A stretch of 64,000 bases of DNA from Minutocellus sp. GHC0000111 (taxonomy: Eukaryota). The position numbers and the translations under genes are program-made. The notes under the pieces are model-generated. The model saw only the letters and a list, made by a program, of their open reading frames with translations, searched no databases and had not been told where the DNA came from. The stretch lies in assembly GCA_977018835.1 (NCBI GenBank), contig OZ361256.1:4402001-4466000 (forward strand), given 5' to 3'. This document shows positions 12,811 to 24,500 of this stretch, piece by piece (the first letter of the stretch is position 1; each line of letters starts with the position of its first letter).

Positions 12811-13560
12811 TATGTTAGTCCCAAAATGCGCACTGTCCCAGTTCGCGAACTGGGATCCCAGTTTGCGAACTAGGATTTATTTATCCCAGTTTGGAAACTG
12901 GGATCATAGGCACAATCTCAGTTTGCAAACTGGGATCAATCGAGAAATAATGAATATTTAGCATGGATGATATCGCCTTTGCTTCTCCTCGCTTCATTTT
13001 TTCATAGTGAAGCAACACAGCCCAAGGTCCAGACGTCCAGACGACATTAGTGCCGGAGCTGATACTCAATAAATTGGCATTAGCTGATACTAAATACATA
13101 TAGTGAATAAATAATAATATCTAGCTAGCTGCTTCTGGCAAATATAAGTCATGAACTGTACATGCATCTGTGCTATGCCAGCATCATGTTGCTACTGTAC
13201 CAGTACATGTAGCTTGCAAATTCAAGATATGATGCACAGTGCAACTTGTATTGTAGATAGATCTACCAGTACATAATCATTGTGCATGAGCCAACACCGG
13301 CAGTTACCATTCTGACACTTGCCGAGAATGCCAGTTTCCAAACTGGTATTCATTTTTGTTCCAGTTCGCGAACTCGTCTGGTTCCCAAATTCGGATTGGC
13401 GTGTTTATCTCAGTTTCCATTCTGGTAGTATCAGTGCGCAAACTGAGATCCTAGTTTGGGAACTGGGGCCCAGTGCGCAAACTGGGATAAATGAATCTCA
13501 GTTCGCAAACTGGGATCCCAGTTCGCGAACTGGGACAGTGCGCATTTTGGGACTAACATA
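12811..13560. mobile_element. Non-autonomous TIR DNA transposon (MITE), 750 bp, with subterminal 20-bp palindrome arrays
   Basis: About 61-bp perfect TIR beginning TATGTTAGTCCCAAAATGCGCACTGTCCCAG at 12811, with its reverse complement ending at 13560. TACA lies on both flanks (12807-12810, 13561-13564). No credible internal ORF. Confidence 0.92.
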
Positions 13561-13664
13561 TACACTAAACGTTGTTTTCTTTCTCTAAATTTAGCACAAC
13601 AAATTTTTAAATGGAATTGCAGTTAGGGCCATGTGTGTGCATACCGTCACAAACAACAAGCTGT

Positions 13665-14471
13665 TCAAGGCTGTGAAATGTAACAAAAGTCATTTGACTC
13701 GTCCTTTTTTTCTTCTTCAGTGCAACAATTGGCAGTAGCACCCGGGAGGAGAAGGGTCAAAGGAGGGGAGGCGTCAGCCAGGATATCTGAGACGGTTGGA
13801 AGAAGGTAACCGCTCGAAAGATAGGTTTCGTCGATGTGAAAGTCAGCGTTTTCCTTGTAGGAGGCCAAAGGAAACCCACTCCTGAGTTGGATAAAGGCGG
13901 TTGCAATACTGTCACCGAGGCAGGCCGCAAGGGCACCGCCATCATTGGTGGCGACAAAAGGAGTACCGCCAGCGGCTCCCCGGGCCAAAAGATCTTCGAG
14001 GTAAATTCCACAAAAGATGCAAATGATATTTTGTCCGACTTCTTCATACTCGCATATGTTATCGTCGCAAAGCAGGCCCTCTCCCTCTGCACCGATCTCA
14101 TCGCAAGCATCAGATCCGGTATCAATTGCGTCAACAAGTCCAAGGATGAATTCATCGTTGCAGTCCAGACGCTCCTGTGTGAAAGGATTGGAGGTATTGA
14201 TGTCATCTGCAGCATAGCAAGCGTCATGTGCCTAGCAGGCTGCATCGATGGGGTTGCAGGGAGCGCTTCCTGTAGGGTCGAAATTACTCGCGCCGCAATA
14301 CTTTCCGTACTTGAACGTGTTGAGTGCGTTGGCACCATTTCCGCTGATGATCTGCTGGAATTGGGCGTCGATTCCAGGGAAGTCACATTGCTTCTTACAG
14401 ACGGCAGGTCCTGAGACGACGGAACGAGGGGCAACGAAGAGCGCAGTGGCGATGGCGATGAAAAGCTTCAT
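13665..14471 (-). CDS. Secreted phospholipase A2 (plant/group XI-like); one in-frame stop
   Basis: Signal peptide MKLFIAIATALFVA, Ca-loop YGKYCG, and catalytic region PCNPIDAAC*AHDACY. The TAG at 14232-14234 is in frame with downstream ORF 13665..13988. Confidence 0.8.
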
Positions 14472-15560
14472 GATAAATTGGCTTGAATTGATATGTTATC
14501 GGTAAAATGCTTTCTTTGCATGACGCGACGAGAATGTGTTGACGAAGATGCCAAAGTAGGAAAAGTGAGCCTTGTAATAAAGCTCGCGCCGCAATTCTGT
14601 GCACGATGCCATCGGAATGCTTTCGAATGTTCCATGTCCCTACTGGTTCGCGTTTTCGAGATGCCACCTATTGAAGCGGCATTGATACATCGGCCCCTCT
14701 CAACTCTGCGGCCAAGCGCAAAGCACCATCTTGTGGGGAGCTTTTTGATCGGCAGTTCGGCATTCACAAAAGACAAAACCAAACACCCGAAAACGCGAGA
14801 AACTTGTGTTCCTACCATGCTTTCGATTTGACGCAGATGTTTGACTGACGCAGTCCTCGACTGACACAACATGACACGCGGACACGACCATCACACAGGC
14901 AGCACCATCACACACCACCCACCCAATACCACACAAAAAAAGAAAGTTGGCCTACAAGTAGCCGCCGCTACCATCAATACTTGGCCTGGCGGGACGCTTC
15001 AACCACTCTTTATGTACCAATTGGCGGCGGCGATTCGTGCCACGTGGGAATTGAAAGTCGGCCTCTAGCTAGCTAGTACTAGTAGAGAGCTACATACGTA
15101 GCGAAATTTTGAATTTCTGATTGATCGAGACCGACCGGGCTGATCATAAAGGATCATTGAGCAGATCATGCAGCATACCAATTGGTAGCGAATTCATACT
15201 AGTAGAGAGAGATTCATCGCCGGGGACATTCGTTGAAGTTGGTCTTCTTCAACTTGCCGACCTTGCACTTTTCATACTCCGCCTTCCCGGTAGGCCACAA
15301 AGCATTTCTTTTGCTCCCGACCGGCCGGCCTGGTGCTTCAACTTAACTTGCCGGCCTTGCACTTTCTCTGCTCCCGACCGGCCTGTTTGGAGCTACCGCT
15401 ACCGTTTTTTTTAATAGTCGGCATCGCTACCGGCCACAAACAATAATTTGTTGACCTTTTGCCAGTATTTATTATTATTGACTCGTTGGCGTGGGGAAAA
15501 AAACAGCACAACATACCTGAAAAAAGAGGTAGCTCAACTCATCTCTCGAAGAAAAACGTA

Positions 15561-17404
15561 ATGCAAGCAGCGGGTTCCAACAATATCAACAGCGTGAGGA
15601 TGAATTACAATAATAGCAACCCGTCGATCGAAGAGATCGATGCGCAGCTTGCGGCCACTACGGCCTCAATCGACGACATAATCGACGAAGAGACGCAAAT
15701 GGACAGCAACGGTGATGCTGATGCCACCGCTACCGCTGACATGGAGGAAATTCCCCCCTTGCCGCAGGCCGGTGCCGTCCCGGAGGTACTGGCCGAGGCG
15801 CAGGCCTTTACTCCCCAGGACGAACAGCGGGGCTGGACTCTCTGACGTTGCAGGAGCGCATGGCCATCCAGTCCGACTTGCTGGGGATTACCACGGGGGT
15901 TTCCAACCTGGCCGTCAGGGCATCGTCGGCTGCAGCTGGTAATGTCAGTGATATGGGTGGAATTGCCGCGGGAATACTGAACCATGCGTCGTTTGGATAC
16001 CAGGGCGACATGACCAGTGAAGGACCACCCAAGGTTGGATCCGGCCAGGACGGGTGGGCCACGACGCTGCATCGTCTGGAGCAGGAGATTGCGGCCCTCC
16101 CGATCAGTCAGACGAAGTCCTATCGCCGAGCCCAGCGTCAGTGTCCCGATGAGGTCAGTGATCGCCGGAAGATGGCATTTGTGGAGTTTGACAATGGATC
16201 CGTCAAAGAGGCTGCCGTCCGCATATGCAAGTACTGGGAGGAGCGCCTGTCAGCATTCGGGCCCGACCGAGCCTTCCTTCCCATGACCCTGGCGGGCGCC
16301 ATGAAGGACGAAGTCGTGCCAATGATCAATTTTCCCATATGGCGACGTCTACCGGTGACCGATGCCGCCGGCCGGGCCATCCTCTATGGCGAAACGAGCC
16401 GGAGGGACTTCACCAAGTACTCCCCTGAGCAGGAGGTGCGGGCCATGATGTACATGCTCGAAACTATGTGTGAGGACGATGACCTTCGACGAAAGGGATA
16501 CGTGGCAATTTACAATGCGGAGAATGTGCAACAACATCAGACCGACCGAGCACTGACCCGTCAGCACATTGTCCTCCTCGAGAATGTCTACCCCATCCGT
16601 ACCCGTGCCTCGCACATCTGTCACCCGACCAAATTCATGTTCTACATGTTCTTGCCGGTGGTCAAAATCTTCATGCCAAAAGAAATCCGGCTGCGCCTCA
16701 AAATACACTACGGCGATACCGAAAAGGTACTGCGCGAATTGGACGGCTTCTGCCTGCCGCGGGATCGAGTTCCCGACTGTCTCTGCGGTGACTTACACTA
16801 CGACATGAACCAATGGGTTTTGGATCGCATGGCCGTCGAGAACCGTCGCCTCATGCTCCAAATACAATCCGCCGGGTTCGGCACCGCTACCAACAACATG
16901 AGGCAAATATCCGTCGCCTCCGATATGACGGGCCATTCAAATGTGGATAGCTCGACGAACTCTGCCCAGGGTTCGGCTTCCAAACAACGCCGTGGGTCTG
17001 CGTCAAAGAAAACAGCCCGATCCAAATCAAAGAAATTAACAAAACTGGCTTCCGCCAAGGCATCTTCTGCGTCGTCGTCCTTGGACTCCAAGAACGGCAA
17101 GAAGCCCAAGGGAAAGAAACGCCAGACCAAGCCTAGCAAGAAACAGCAGGAGGATCTCATTCGGGGTCCGCCCCGCGGCAAATATGTCGACCCCAGGATG
17201 CAGAAGGCCGTCGAGGCCAAGATGGACGATCCGAAGTTACCGCTGTACGACGCTCTGGTGATTGGTGGCTTCGTCTTCAAGGATGACCCGTCCGTCAAGG
17301 ACGGCATGGTCGATCTAGATGGCACAACACTTGCACAGAGGAAGAACAATTTGTGTCGCCGAATCCGTCTCGAGAAAGAGAAGCTTGCGAAAAAGAGCGG
17401 CTAG
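15561..17404 (+). CDS. CRAL-TRIO (Sec14-like) domain protein with basic C-terminal domain; frameshift near 15836
   Basis: AAVRICKYWEER, DAAGRAIL, YPIRTRASHICHP, RLRLKIH, VPDCLCG. Adding one G at 15835-15836 joins the 15561 frame to ORF 15848..17404 (WDSLTLQERM). Confidence 0.78.
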
Positions 17405-17828
17405 GAGCAGGTAGCAGCCAACAAAGCACCCGTCTTTCTACCAGAGGCTGAGCCTGATAATTTATTCTAAAAGTGTATGTTTCAGATTTAATTACTAGAC
17501 GTTAGTAAATGCCGGTGTAGCTAATCATTTTCCTCGTCGTCCAAACCTGCCCACTTGCGGATGCAATCTACGTAAACATCCGGTGGAGCCCGGCTCCAAA
17601 ACTCGTTATTAAGATCAATTGTTGTTTTGGCCCATTGTTTGCCACATCTCTTGAGGATATACATTGGTACGCCGATCGAAGCGATACCATATCCGGCGAT
17701 GGCAGGGATCAGCCACGGATGAAGAGCCAGAAGGGACACCTGGGTAGTAAATCCTAGCCATCCCATGTATCCCGCAGCTGGCACCTAAGATTTACAACCA
17801 GAGGAAGACCAAAGAGGTCAGACATGAT

Positions 17829-17904
17829 ACACCCACACACACATGATACACCCACACACACCCACACACACACACCCACACCCACACCCACACACCCACC
17901 CACC

Positions 17905-17939
<35 letters not shown>

Positions 17940-17951
17940 CCACCCACCCAC

Positions 17952-18007
<56 letters not shown>
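17829..18007. repeat. Compound (CA)n/(CACC)n microsatellite, about 180 bp
   Basis: Directly visible in the sequence. Confidence 0.97.
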
Positions 18008-18009
<2 letters not shown>

Positions 18010-18480
18010 AGCAGCTGCCTTGGCTTGGCCCATGAAAATTGTAGGATCCGGCGGTTGTTCTTCCGCAGCCGCAGCCTTTTTCTTTGCTTCGTTTTGCTCG
18101 TCGTTGTCATTGTTTTGTGTGTCTTCATTGCTTTCTTCGTCGTTGACGTCATCATCGTCGTCATCTTCTCCCACCACATTCTGACCGGTAAAGTCGGCCA
18201 GCAGCAACGGACCGTCGTCGCCGGGTGCCATGGACACGACAATGGCGTGAATCTGTGCAAGCCCCGCCGCTCTACGACGGAACACGTGATCGCCCATCTC
18301 CAACCGCGGCGCGTCGACCTCCACGGGTATCTCCGCTTGATCTTCTGCGGAACCTTCCCTATCGGACTCCTCGGTAACGCTGCTCAACTGATGGTCATAG
18401 GATCTTGCATGTGCTGCTTCTTCTGCACTGGCCGAAGACGACTGGACATTGGCATAATATCCCGGCGGAGGCATGTCGGT

Positions 18481-18762
18481 GCCACTGGCCCCACCCCTCC
18501 CAAACACGTTTTCGTAGTCCATGTCCAGATTGGCCTCCCCGCCCTCCCCCTGGACAGACGCGTAGGTAACCCTGAGAGCATCCAAACATAATGCCCTGAC
18601 GGGGTTCACAATGAAGAGCGTGCCACTGGCCCCACCCCTCCCAAACACGTTTTCGTAGTCCATGTCCAGATTGGCCTCCCCGCCCTCCCCCTGGACAGAC
18701 GCGTAGGTAACCCTGAGAGCATCCAAACATAATGCCCTGACGGGGTTCACAATGAAGAGCGT
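18481..18762. repeat. Perfect tandem duplication of about 141 bp
   Basis: GCCACTGGCCCCACCCCTCC...AATGAAGAGCGT occurs at 18481 and again at 18622. The translation repeats NPVRALCLDALRVTYASVQGEGGEANLDMDYENVFGRGGASGT. Confidence 0.95.
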
Positions 18763-20231
18763 GGCAGATCATGGTGTACTCGTGAACGGACATTGCGGCA
18801 CCGCTGGTCGTTTGCTGCAGATTTTGCAGCTCGTTATAGGACAGATATCCGTCGCGATCGGCATCGAAGTGATAATGCAGCGCCATGACCTTTTGCTCCT
18901 GGTCGGCCGACAGGGCGGTGGTGGGATCGGATGCGCTGGTAGAATCGGGCAAATTTTCAGCGTCGTCGTCAGCATCATCGCCGAGCATCATTCGACGGGC
19001 CTCGGCGGCCAGGGCAGCCTCCTCGGACATCAGGCGTCCTGTCCGTGGGCCGATGTTTCGTCGGTAAGGCGCTGCTGCTCCTCCCGGGCGGCCTCGGCCC
19101 GGGCCCGGCGGCGTTCGCGGAAGAAGCCCATCTTGGTTGGATGCGGATGGAGATTTTATGAGCTAAATGGGTTGGAGGTACTTTTGAGGGTTCCTTTCGA
19201 CGTCATGCATAATTTTTATTCGGTCTTTCCGTCAACCGAATCCGTTCTTTTCGTTTTCCAGCCCATAGCGAAGAGGAAGACCTCTCCAAGATGACGGCCG
19301 CCCGTGTACTGTTTGCCAAGAAGTCGGCGGGGTAAGTTCATGCATAATCCGTGTGGGGTTATTGAGAGATGCGCCGTAGTGTGAGGCGCGCGGTGCCCGA
19401 GCGACGGGCACGCCAACGGGTGGATGATCAGTGAAGGGGGTGGACCACGGTCAATCGGCGTTGAAAGAGGAAGTGTGGAACTGGAAGGACAATGCAATAT
19501 GTTCTCGCTGTTCTGCCATGGGCAATACTTGTTGATATCGATGTGTCTGTCAATTTTCTTTTGGTGTGGTATGAGTTGAAGCGAGAGAGGGTATATCGCT
19601 TACCGCTGGTCCCTCGAAAATAAATGTGGCACAAAAGCCACCAGGAGAAGTGGCGCCATCGATTTGGATGCCCATGTGGATGCCCTTGTGTGGACGAGCA
19701 AGGCGAAAAGGACGAAAGTTACAACACATCGAAAACATGAAGGGGTTCTGTCCTAGCTAGAAGGATTGGCTGAATAAAAACAATGGAAGAGCCTGAACCG
19801 CCTTTCCACAGATGCAAGTGTGGTCGGAAGTCGACCGAGAGACTCGAAGACGGCAGAGAAGTACCGTCTTGGCCCGCCCAGTGCGATCATCTTTCATCTT
19901 CTTGTCCACAACACTGATGAACTGTGCATGTCGGAAAATTTTCGTCCATCGTCCCTTCTTGCCCTGGCTGGCCCACTTTTGGATCAAACTGCAATTTTCA
20001 TCTCACCAAATAAATATCCGTCTGCTTCTTTCAAAACCCAATCCCAACAGTTTCGTCGGCGGACCCACCGTCGCTACTCTCTTTGGCACCGGTGGTGCCA
20101 AGATGCCCAAGGTTGCGGCAGCATCGGCATCGACCGCCGCATCCTTCGGCAAGGCCGCTCCCGGAGCCAAGCTGCAGCTCACCGCCGCCGCTCCCAAGGG
20201 CCAGCCGATGGGCAAGCCCTTCTTCGTTCAA

Positions 20232-20296
20232 ACCGGACCCGTCTTTGGCATTCACTAAATGCAGACCGGACCCGTCTTTCGCATTCACTAAATGCA
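20232..20296. repeat. 33-bp-period tandem duplication
   Basis: ACCGGACCCGTCTTT(G/C)GCATTCACTAAATGCA twice, with one mismatch. Confidence 0.9.
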
Positions 20297-20418
20297 TCGA
20301 TTCGAATATTTAGAATGGCAGTTCTCGCTCAACTAAAGAATTAAATGTAGCGCTTTGGTGAAATAGATATCGATGTTCTGCGATCGATACCGCGTGGCCG
20401 AAACAGTTCCTTTTACAA

Positions 20419-21009
20419 TTACAGCAACACAAACGGGGCCAATATCACCAGAGGCAATGCAAAGAGCGCAGTCTCCAGCCGACTGCTCGTCATTTGATTC
20501 AACCCTACAACGCAGCTGACCCAGCCACCGGCAGTAAACAATCGTCCCACCCACTTGTGCGCCGTCCGATAGTTCTTGTTGCCTTTGTCTTTCCCAAAAT
20601 CCGGATGCAAAAATACCAACCCCGCCAACGCCGGCAAGACCAAACCAACCAAACACACAATTCCCAGATACGCATGAGTCGATTGGATGTGGTCCTTGCC
20701 CATGTTTTCTTTATTTTTCCAGATGGCATACAAACCACCAAAGCTCAGCGTCAGTCCAGCGCTGGCCAGATATCCGTGCAACTTGGTGTTGGTGTAGCCG
20801 CCCAGCTTCTTGGTCAGGTGGGCAGTTCCCATCAAACCCACGAATCCAATTGTCATCAATAGCGGGTGGAGGGAGAATGGCAGGCGCCAGCCTACGCCCG
20901 ATGGACGTGTTGCGGCGTAGTACCCACCAACCAGAGCAAAGGTAGACAGAGCTGCCAGGACATTGCGATACGTGGTTGCCGATGGCTTGTTGGCGGTTGG
21001 TGCTGGCAT
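20419..21009 (-). CDS. Cytochrome b561 family membrane protein
   Basis: Multiple TM helices with heme histidines: LHPLLM, KLHGYL, HIQSTHAYLG, AHKWVG. Confidence 0.85.
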   Translation of the reverse strand: MPAPTANKPSATTYRNVLAALSTFALVGGYYAATRPSGVGWRLPFSLHPLLMTIGFVGLMGTAHLTKKLGGYTNTKLHGYLASAGLTLSFGGLYAIWKNKENMGKDHIQSTHAYLGIVCLVGLVLPALAGLVFLHPDFGKDKGNKNYRTAHKWVGRLFTAGGWVSCVVGLNQMTSSRLETALFALPLVILAPFVLL

Positions 21010-21597
21010 TTTGTTAGCTACTGATTCTGATTACGGGGAAATAAACGTGCGTAGTAGCAGCGGGGAGAGAGGAGCGCAGGCAAATGAAGCAATAATGAAA
21101 CTTGCGAAGCCGTCGCGTATGATATGTGGGGTGGATTGTCGAGCGAAGGATACGTTCAACCAAACAAATCAAGTGAAAATGAAGCACATCATGTGGCGTG
21201 GCGATGGCGGCATTTCCGTGCAGTACAGGCGTCTGTACTTTGACGAGCCGGCCGAGCTTTTCGGGATTGGCCCTGACGCCCCCGCCCGCCCGCAGGTCTT
21301 GTCGAGGAGATCTTGCATCAACGAGCGAACGATTGATAGCATGCAGGGCTGATCGGCAAGAGGCAAAAGCAAGGATTGGACCGCATGAATTAGTTGTGCG
21401 TTTGAACAAGTTTGTATAATATATATTCTATTTTGCGGGCGCTCTCTTTAAGCATCAAGCATTTCCAGCACATATTAATAACATACGCTGAAACAGAACC
21501 CTGCTTGCATCGACCCCTCATTCTTCTCTGGCTACTTATCTTTCCCTTCTCGGACAACAATTAGAACAACGAACCAACCCGCATCATATCAGCAATA

Positions 21598-24500
21598 ATG
21601 ACAACGAACAATCCCCCCGCATCACCCGATGACGACTGTCACTTTGGTCCTGCCAATCCCCTCGGTCCCATCGATCGTGACGCCGCGACGAGCAATGGCA
21701 ATACCACCAAAACCACGTCGACGACGCCCATCGCACATCACGACAGCCTGGAAGATTTAGAGGCAGCAGACGGAGAAAGCGAGCACGATCAAAGCGACGG
21801 TGACCAAGAGAACGACAGCGATGGCATCCGATCGACTAAATTCCACCACACGACCGTATGGACGACGGTCCTCCCATCTGGTCAGGCCTTTCGTACCACC
21901 CGTACGCTATTGCTGGTCCATGCTCCTCATCAGACAGCGAGACTGCTGGCACTGGCAATAGCCAAAAGAATAATAAAGCACCTCATCGTCGAGCTACGGC
22001 CACGCCGCTCTCAACCTTGTATGAGACATCCACGCCACTGGGACCGACCCACCGCGTCATCCTCGACTATCATCAGCCATACGATGGATCCCACACCCGA
22101 ACAACCGAGTACATTCGTGCCAATGGCGGTAGCACCACCGTCAAGCGACAGGAGTTCAACCGAGCTGGTGTCAGTGAAGGCAGAGAAGAAGAGATTGAAT
22201 ACCCACCCATGGTGGTGGGGCGGAACAGCAGTGGAGGAAGTGGAGGCACCGGTAGTCCCAAGGGCTCCAACAAGAAGTCGTCTGCATCATCATCCTCCGG
22301 TGGGAACAACATATCCGCCAACGGGGGTGTGGGAGGTGGAGATGGGACGACGACCATATCCGAATTGACGTACACGTTGGCGGGTACCACCACGGCTGAT
22401 GGCAGTGCAACAATTGCCCGAGACGATCCGACGATGGATCCCACTACCATCGATTACAATGCCGGATATGATCCCAGGGTCGCTGAGAAGTATGAGAAGA
22501 AGGGTGGAAGCAGCCCAGCTGACATCTTTGCCAGATCTCCTCATGGCAGACCCGACGAAAGTGGAAGCCCAACACCAAACGGTGGAGCGAAGGCTTTCCG
22601 TCCCAACGAAGAAGAGCAGCAAGGCAATGGAATTACAATTGGCCCAAGTTGGTCCATCACCGAAAACTACAGTCAGGGCGAGCCGTCGGCGACGAACGGT
22701 CCCTTTTCCTTTGTGACGGTCAGCACAAGTTCTAGCTCCCGACGCCGAAGAGCCAAATACTGCAAGTATTCGTATTGTTTTGCTCTGTTAGCAGTTGTGC
22801 TGGGCTTGGCTGCTATTCTGGGCGGTGTTCTTTCCACAAGAAACAAGCGCAGTGCGGCTGGGACTGATTCGGTTGGCGACGAAGATGGTATCGGCAAAGG
22901 CGAAGGAGGAGATGATAATGATTGGACATATGTCCCGGCGGATCCAGTCGTACCACCTATAGAGGGCATTGCCAATGCATTTGCCAATGCCGGATATACA
23001 AAGAGTTGGCCAAGTGAAGAAGGCTGGCTCGTCGCTCCCTCATTCGCATCATTCTCTTCCATTGGCGACGACATCTTCGAGGCAGATGATGATGTCTCCT
23101 ACTACGAGGCCTTTTATCTACCTGACGCAACCTCATGCGCTGAGCAGTGCACCAGCTCCGACGCGGTTGGTGGCGCTTACTTTGATTTATCCAATCAAAA
23201 CAAGCGCAATGTGTGCTTGTGCTTCAAGGCGGCCGAGTGTTATGACCCAACACTCGAGTTCTCTGGTGGATATGTGTTTGTGAGAGAAGAGCACTACATT
23301 CCCAAGTCGCAAAAGTGCCTGATGAGCTCATGCGGATATTTCCCTGATGATCCGCTCTGCAGCGGTTTGAATATTGTCAATGTTGAGACAATGCTCGGTC
23401 TTGAGCTCAGCCCAGCGATTGGTTTCATGGACGATGCAGCCAAACGAACCTTTGAAGAAACTTGCGCATCCTTTTTGAATGATAGGTTCAGCCGTGCCAA
23501 TGGTTCACCGGTAGAGGGAGTCCGTTGCCGGGTTCTTGATCAGGATGTTTCTGGTCGGAGAAGAAAAAAAGTTCGCAGATTACAAGATGCAGCAGATGAT
23601 ACGCTCCAGCTAGCTTTGCAAATTACCGGTCTTTTCGTTCCGACATCTCGCTACCAAACTGCGGATTCTGTTGATTTTACTGACAATGTCGTGAGATACT
23701 TTGATCGTAATGGAGAAGAATTTGTTCTCGGTCTTAAACGTGATGCGGAAGCAAGTGGTTCGGACTACTTTGAGGAATTACAAACTCTAAAACGACTTGA
23801 GGACGTTGCGAATGTTCCGGCACCAGCCCCAACTTTGAATCCAGTGCGCGAGACTGACGAGCCATCTCCTTCGCCCTCACGCCGACCCACCAATAAGCCC
23901 ACAAGAATGCCGGTCCTATGGCCAACAACAGATGTTCCAAGTCGCAAACCAACCTTGAGACCAACACCTAAGCCAAGCCCTCATCCTACAAGATCGCCAA
24001 GCCCAAGACCATCGAAGAAGCCCTCTCCGCGTAAGTTTCCTGGTGATCTTGATCTAATCCTTTCGTTTTCTTGTTTCCTTATACTTTGTCCGCTCAAATA
24101 AGATCTTTTATATGCGTTACTTCATGTTCGCGTATCGTTCCAATTCCCATTTATCAGGCCCCACGAAACGCCCAACAAATAGACCGACGCTTCGACCGAC
24201 GCCCAAACCATCGCCACTCCCAGTACAAATCCCAACGCGATCGCCGCCGGCACCATCATCCCCTTCCGCCCCAAAGTTTTGTGACAATTCGAAATGTTGG
24301 GTGCAAATTGGCGAGCTTGAGGGCGACACACTAAAAGATCACTTTGGTGACCTCACTTCATTTGATGGTACTGGAACTCGGTTTGTTGTGAGTGCTTCAA
24401 GATCGAGTGACTCGGGCTTTGACGAGGCTGGATTCTGCAAAGTATACGACATAAAAGATGACGGAGACTTTCAACAAAGGGGGCAAACGTTATATGGCTT

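Larger units (their letters stand above)
17521..19131 (-). pseudogene. EF-hand + LRAT/NC-like protein, heavily disrupted
   Basis: EF-hand FDADRDGYLSYNEL, LRAT-like start LEMGDHVFR...QIHAIVV, and a hydrophobic C-terminal segment at 17521..17784. Frameshifts near 19033 and 18730, a 141-bp internal duplication, and a CA microsatellite where the catalytic core should be. Confidence 0.6.

Noticed and set aside
12836..13535. Palindromic repeat array as a CRISPR array
   Set aside because: The repeats abut or have very short irregular gaps, sit symmetrically inside TIRs, and there are no cas genes. The context is eukaryotic.
17754..18591. CV/HT-repeat ORFs
   Set aside because: They are translations of the CA microsatellite.
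19550..20220. Possible BED-finger/hAT transposase remnant (TCICGK..., NRWRH)
   Set aside because: Only scattered residues in different frames; no DDE domain or termini found.
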